Below are positions 60,980-64,000 of a stretch of DNA of 64,000 nt, piece by piece. Source of the stretch: Nitrosopumilus sp. (GTDB taxonomy: Archaea; Thermoproteota; Nitrososphaeria; Nitrososphaerales; Nitrosopumilaceae); NCBI GenBank assembly GCA_965224195.1, contig OZ245040.1, positions 1,952,001 through 2,016,000 of the forward strand. Direction: 5' to 3'. The stretch's first letter is position 1. Each line of letters starts with the position of its first letter. The notes below the pieces were generated by a model. The model worked only from the letters and a program-made list of their open reading frames with translations. It ran no database searches and was not told the DNA's origin. The translations under genes and the position numbers were made by a program.

Positions 60980-61472
60980 TCTCCACATCCTCTCGTTTTG
61001 CTAAAACTAGTGCACCAGTAACAGATCCTGCAAGAAGTAATCCCATCAAGATTAATGCTGGCCAGTAGTATGTCACAAAGTCAATTCCGATATCCCTAAA
61101 GTCAGGGGCAGGCTCATCAGTAGTTATTGTTTTAATTCCAGAATCTAAGAATACTGCACCTAATGAAATCATAATTATTAACATCAAACCAATACCTGCA
61201 AATTTTCTTCGTTTATCCTCAATTTTTTTAAAGATTAATTCTCTTTTTACTAACATCACAGTAAACAAAATCAAAACCGCAATAGAACCAACATAAACTG
61301 CTATTTGGAATAATGCAACAAATGGTGCATCAAGCAAGAAAAAGAATCCTGCAATACCACCCAAAGTTCCCATCAAAGCAATAGAACCATAAATCAATGA
61401 TCTCATTTCAAGTGCTGCAATTGCAGAACCAATAGTAATTACAGTTAATGCAAGAAAAACAGCATCAGCCAT
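60960..61472 (-). CDS. nuoJ: Complex I subunit J
   Basis: QIAVYVGSIAVLILFTVML; start MADAV. Confidence 0.93.
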   Translation of the reverse strand: MADAVFLALTVITIGSAIAALEMRSLIYGSIALMGTLGGIAGFFFLLDAPFVALFQIAVYVGSIAVLILFTVMLVKRELIFKKIEDKRRKFAGIGLMLIIMISLGAVFLDSGIKTITTDEPAPDFRDIGIDFVTYYWPALILMGLLLAGSVTGALVLAKREDVENDQRAN

Positions 61473-61962
61473 GTGTTGCACCTCTATCAGAAATTTGTAT
61501 TTCACTGTCTTGTGCAACGTATGGTTTAACTTGTAATTGAGCAGGAGTATAGATTAAACCTTCTTTTGAAAATGAAGATAACTCATAATCATTTGTCATG
61601 TAAAGAGCATAAAATGGACATGCATCAACACAAAGACCACAGAAGACACATTTTCCATAATCAATTTGTGGCATGATTGATTTTTTATTTTGTTTTTGTT
61701 CTTCTGGAACTTTTACCATTGCAATAGCTTCTGCAACACCTTCACATGCAATCGAACATAATTGACAACCAGTACAATGATCATGGAATAACATATGACG
61801 TCCTTTAAGTCCAGCAATACCAACACCTGTAGATGGATCAAATTGATATCCATCACCTACAAACTTTAATTTCTCTTCAGGATATCGAAGAGTGAATCTC
61901 TTCGTTGCAATGTGTTTAATTCCAGAATTTAATGCACGAATAATACCAGTTGCAGTTCCCAT
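61465..61962 (-). CDS. nuoI: Complex I subunit I
   Basis: CTGCQLCSIAC and CVFCGLCVDACP. Confidence 0.95.
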   Translation of the reverse strand: MGTATGIIRALNSGIKHIATKRFTLRYPEEKLKFVGDGYQFDPSTGVGIAGLKGRHMLFHDHCTGCQLCSIACEGVAEAIAMVKVPEEQKQNKKSIMPQIDYGKCVFCGLCVDACPFYALYMTNDYELSSFSKEGLIYTPAQLQVKPYVAQDSEIQISDRGATHG

Positions 61963-63260
61963 TATTGTAATCCTCCTGGTCCTAGCACTCCAGCGTAAAG
62001 CAATCCAAGTGCAATAAAGATGTTAACGAAGGCTAATCCAATTAATTTACTCCATCCAAGATTCAACAACATGTCAACTCTAATTCTTGGGAAAACACCT
62101 CTTGGTAGCAATATGAAGAATATGACACCAGCAGTTTTCAAAACAAACCAAAGTGTACCATTAAGCATTTCTTGATCAAATAATGGCAATCCAGGGAATG
62201 GGCCTATAGTGACAGGACCCATTTCAATTCCAGTAAGAAGTTCTGCTGGGAATGGAGGTACCGCCATTGGACCATTCCAACCACCAAGGAAAAGAACTAC
62301 AAACAAACCTGCAAACGCGTAAAGTTTCAGATATGTTCCTAATTGAACAAGTCCATACATCATTCCAGATAATTCAGTTAACCATCCAGCGACAATTTCA
62401 CTTTCTGCCTCAGGTAAATCAAATGGAATTCTCTCTAATTCTGCAAGCATTGTGATAAAGAATACAATAGCACCTACTGGTAAAAATACAATCCATGGAA
62501 AGCTAGATTGACTTGCAGCAATTTCAGAGAGATTAAGAGAACCAGTTAACATTACTACGCCCAACAAAGATAGAATTAATGGAATTTCAAATGAGACCAT
62601 TTGGAATAAAGCCCTGATACCACCAATGAATGGGAATTTACTGTTTGCAGACCATGCAGAAAGAATTGTAATGATTGGGAAGAATCCTATTACCGCAAAT
62701 ACACCAAGTAATCCTAGATCTACATCTGCAACCACCCAACCAGGTGCAACAGGAATGAACGCAACAAATGCTGCTGCTGCTGCAACAAAAAGAACTGGAG
62801 CTGCCCAGAAAATTGGTTTGTCAGCTTTTGCTGGAATAATAATTTCTTTTGAGATTAATTTTAAACCATCACCCATTAATTGCAAGATTCCTTCAAACTT
62901 TCCACAATAAAATGGACCAACTCTTAATTGTAATTTTGCAAGCATTTTTCTTTCAACAAAAATTGTACCAGCAGCTAATAATGCTGCAAATCCAAATCCA
63001 GGAAATGCCATTACTCTAAAGATATCAGTTGCCATGAATGCTTTTACAACAGGAAGAATTCGTGACGGGTCCGCTAACCAAGTTAATGCAAGAAATGGTG
63101 TAAGTAACTCACCATCAATTACGGGCATTTCAATAACAAATAGAATCATGAAGACTGCAGGAAGACCAACTAAAACTAGAATGAGAATAATCCAGAATAT
63201 GTTATCAAGTAATGATTTGATAAACTCACTTAGTTTGAATTTTGGTGCAATAACTGACAT
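61962..63260 (-). CDS. nuoH: Complex I subunit H
   Basis: ERKMLAKLQLRVGP, RIPFDLPEAESE. Confidence 0.95.
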   Translation of the reverse strand: MSVIAPKFKLSEFIKSLLDNIFWIILILVLVGLPAVFMILFVIEMPVIDGELLTPFLALTWLADPSRILPVVKAFMATDIFRVMAFPGFGFAALLAAGTIFVERKMLAKLQLRVGPFYCGKFEGILQLMGDGLKLISKEIIIPAKADKPIFWAAPVLFVAAAAAFVAFIPVAPGWVVADVDLGLLGVFAVIGFFPIITILSAWSANSKFPFIGGIRALFQMVSFEIPLILSLLGVVMLTGSLNLSEIAASQSSFPWIVFLPVGAIVFFITMLAELERIPFDLPEAESEIVAGWLTELSGMMYGLVQLGTYLKLYAFAGLFVVLFLGGWNGPMAVPPFPAELLTGIEMGPVTIGPFPGLPLFDQEMLNGTLWFVLKTAGVIFFILLPRGVFPRIRVDMLLNLGWSKLIGLAFVNIFIALGLLYAGVLGPGGLQ

Positions 63261-64000
63261 TTATCGGTCTGCCTCCACTGGCCAATAATTTAGACTCCAA
63301 TAAACTGATGGCATGTTACCTAGTTTTTCTCCTTTGAGAAGATTTGGTAATGCAATCAAATTTCTAAAGGAAGGAACACTCAACTTAACTCTGTATGGCT
63401 CCACTTTTCCATCAGAAACAATATAGCAACCCAATGAACCTCTGCCTGATTCTACACGCTTGTAAACAGATTCAAGTCCTTTGGTTTTTGGATTTGGTTT
63501 TAGTTTAACTCTGACTGAACCGGACTTTGGCATTTTTTGTAAAGCTTGTCTAATAATATTACAACTTTCCAACATGTCAAGCCATGGGATTTTGGATCTT
63601 GCATAAGAATCACCTTCCTTCATTACATTAGTATGAACATCTAATTCATCATAGACATCATATGGCTCCTTTACTCTAAGATCATAATCTACACCACTAG
63701 CTCGAAGTACAGAACCAGTTGTTCCATATCTAATTGCATCTTGTCTTGATAAAACACCAGTGTCTCTAGTTCTTGCAATTAGAATAGGGTTATCATAAAA
63801 GATTGCAGCATATTCTTTAATTCGTTTTTCAAAATAGTTTACTTGTCGCAAACAGACATCTTCAAAGTTTGGTGGTAAATCATTTCTAACCCCACCTGGA
63901 ACAAAATGTGCATGTGTTACTCTAGCACCAGTCATTTTTTCCATAAGATCAATTAAGAGTTCACGATCTCCTGCTGGCCACATAAACATTGTAGAATGAC
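63261..64000 (-). CDS. nuoD: Complex I subunit D (partial, starts beyond window)
   Basis: TGARV, GGVRND, LRASGVDYDLR, PYRVK, EADR. Confidence 0.93.
   Translation of the reverse strand, partial: HSTMFMWPAGDRELLIDLMEKMTGARVTHAHFVPGGVRNDLPPNFEDVCLRQVNYFEKRIKEYAAIFYDNPILIARTRDTGVLSRQDAIRYGTTGSVLRASGVDYDLRVKEPYDVYDELDVHTNVMKEGDSYARSKIPWLDMLESCNIIRQALQKMPKSGSVRVKLKPNPKTKGLESVYKRVESGRGSLGCYIVSDGKVEPYRVKLSVPSFRNLIALPNLLKGEKLGNMPSVYWSLNYWPVEADR

Noticed and set aside
55541-64000. nuoM placed before nuoL
   Set aside because: Usual order in this lineage; ordinary core operon

Overview
AT-rich archaeal chromosome segment; gene content and order point to a Nitrosopumilus-like ammonia-oxidising Nitrososphaerota (PEFG-CTERM and CFI-box-CTERM proteins, transketolase-RPE fusion, stand-alone 5S rRNA, nuoDHIJKMLN). 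Core blocks: 1-13.0 kb (tRNA-Thr, pmm, thiL, rps11, rtcB, purB, pterin genes, valS) and 39.3-64 kb (tRNA-His, corA, pentose-phosphate genes, pepA, 5S rRNA, ABCE1, Trm5-like, Ard1, pyrE, tRNA-Ile2, CADD-like, tRNA-Glu, polyprenyl synthase, complex I). Between them lie a metal-homeostasis cluster (22.3-35.6 kb: NikR-like regulator, ZnuABC-type transporter, CopC-CopD-propeller fusion, cupredoxin and several surface proteins whose predicted mature N-terminus is His) and two decaying accessory islands (about 13.6-22.3 kb and 35.7-39.2 kb) with IS5 and IS1595 elements, toxin-antitoxin and integrase remnants, a CheY-like pseudogene and virus-like fragments. The best candidate for an undescribed system is the cluster of His1 surface proteins beside CopCD (possible cell-surface copper capture/relay). 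All family assignments are by eye from motifs; no searches were run.
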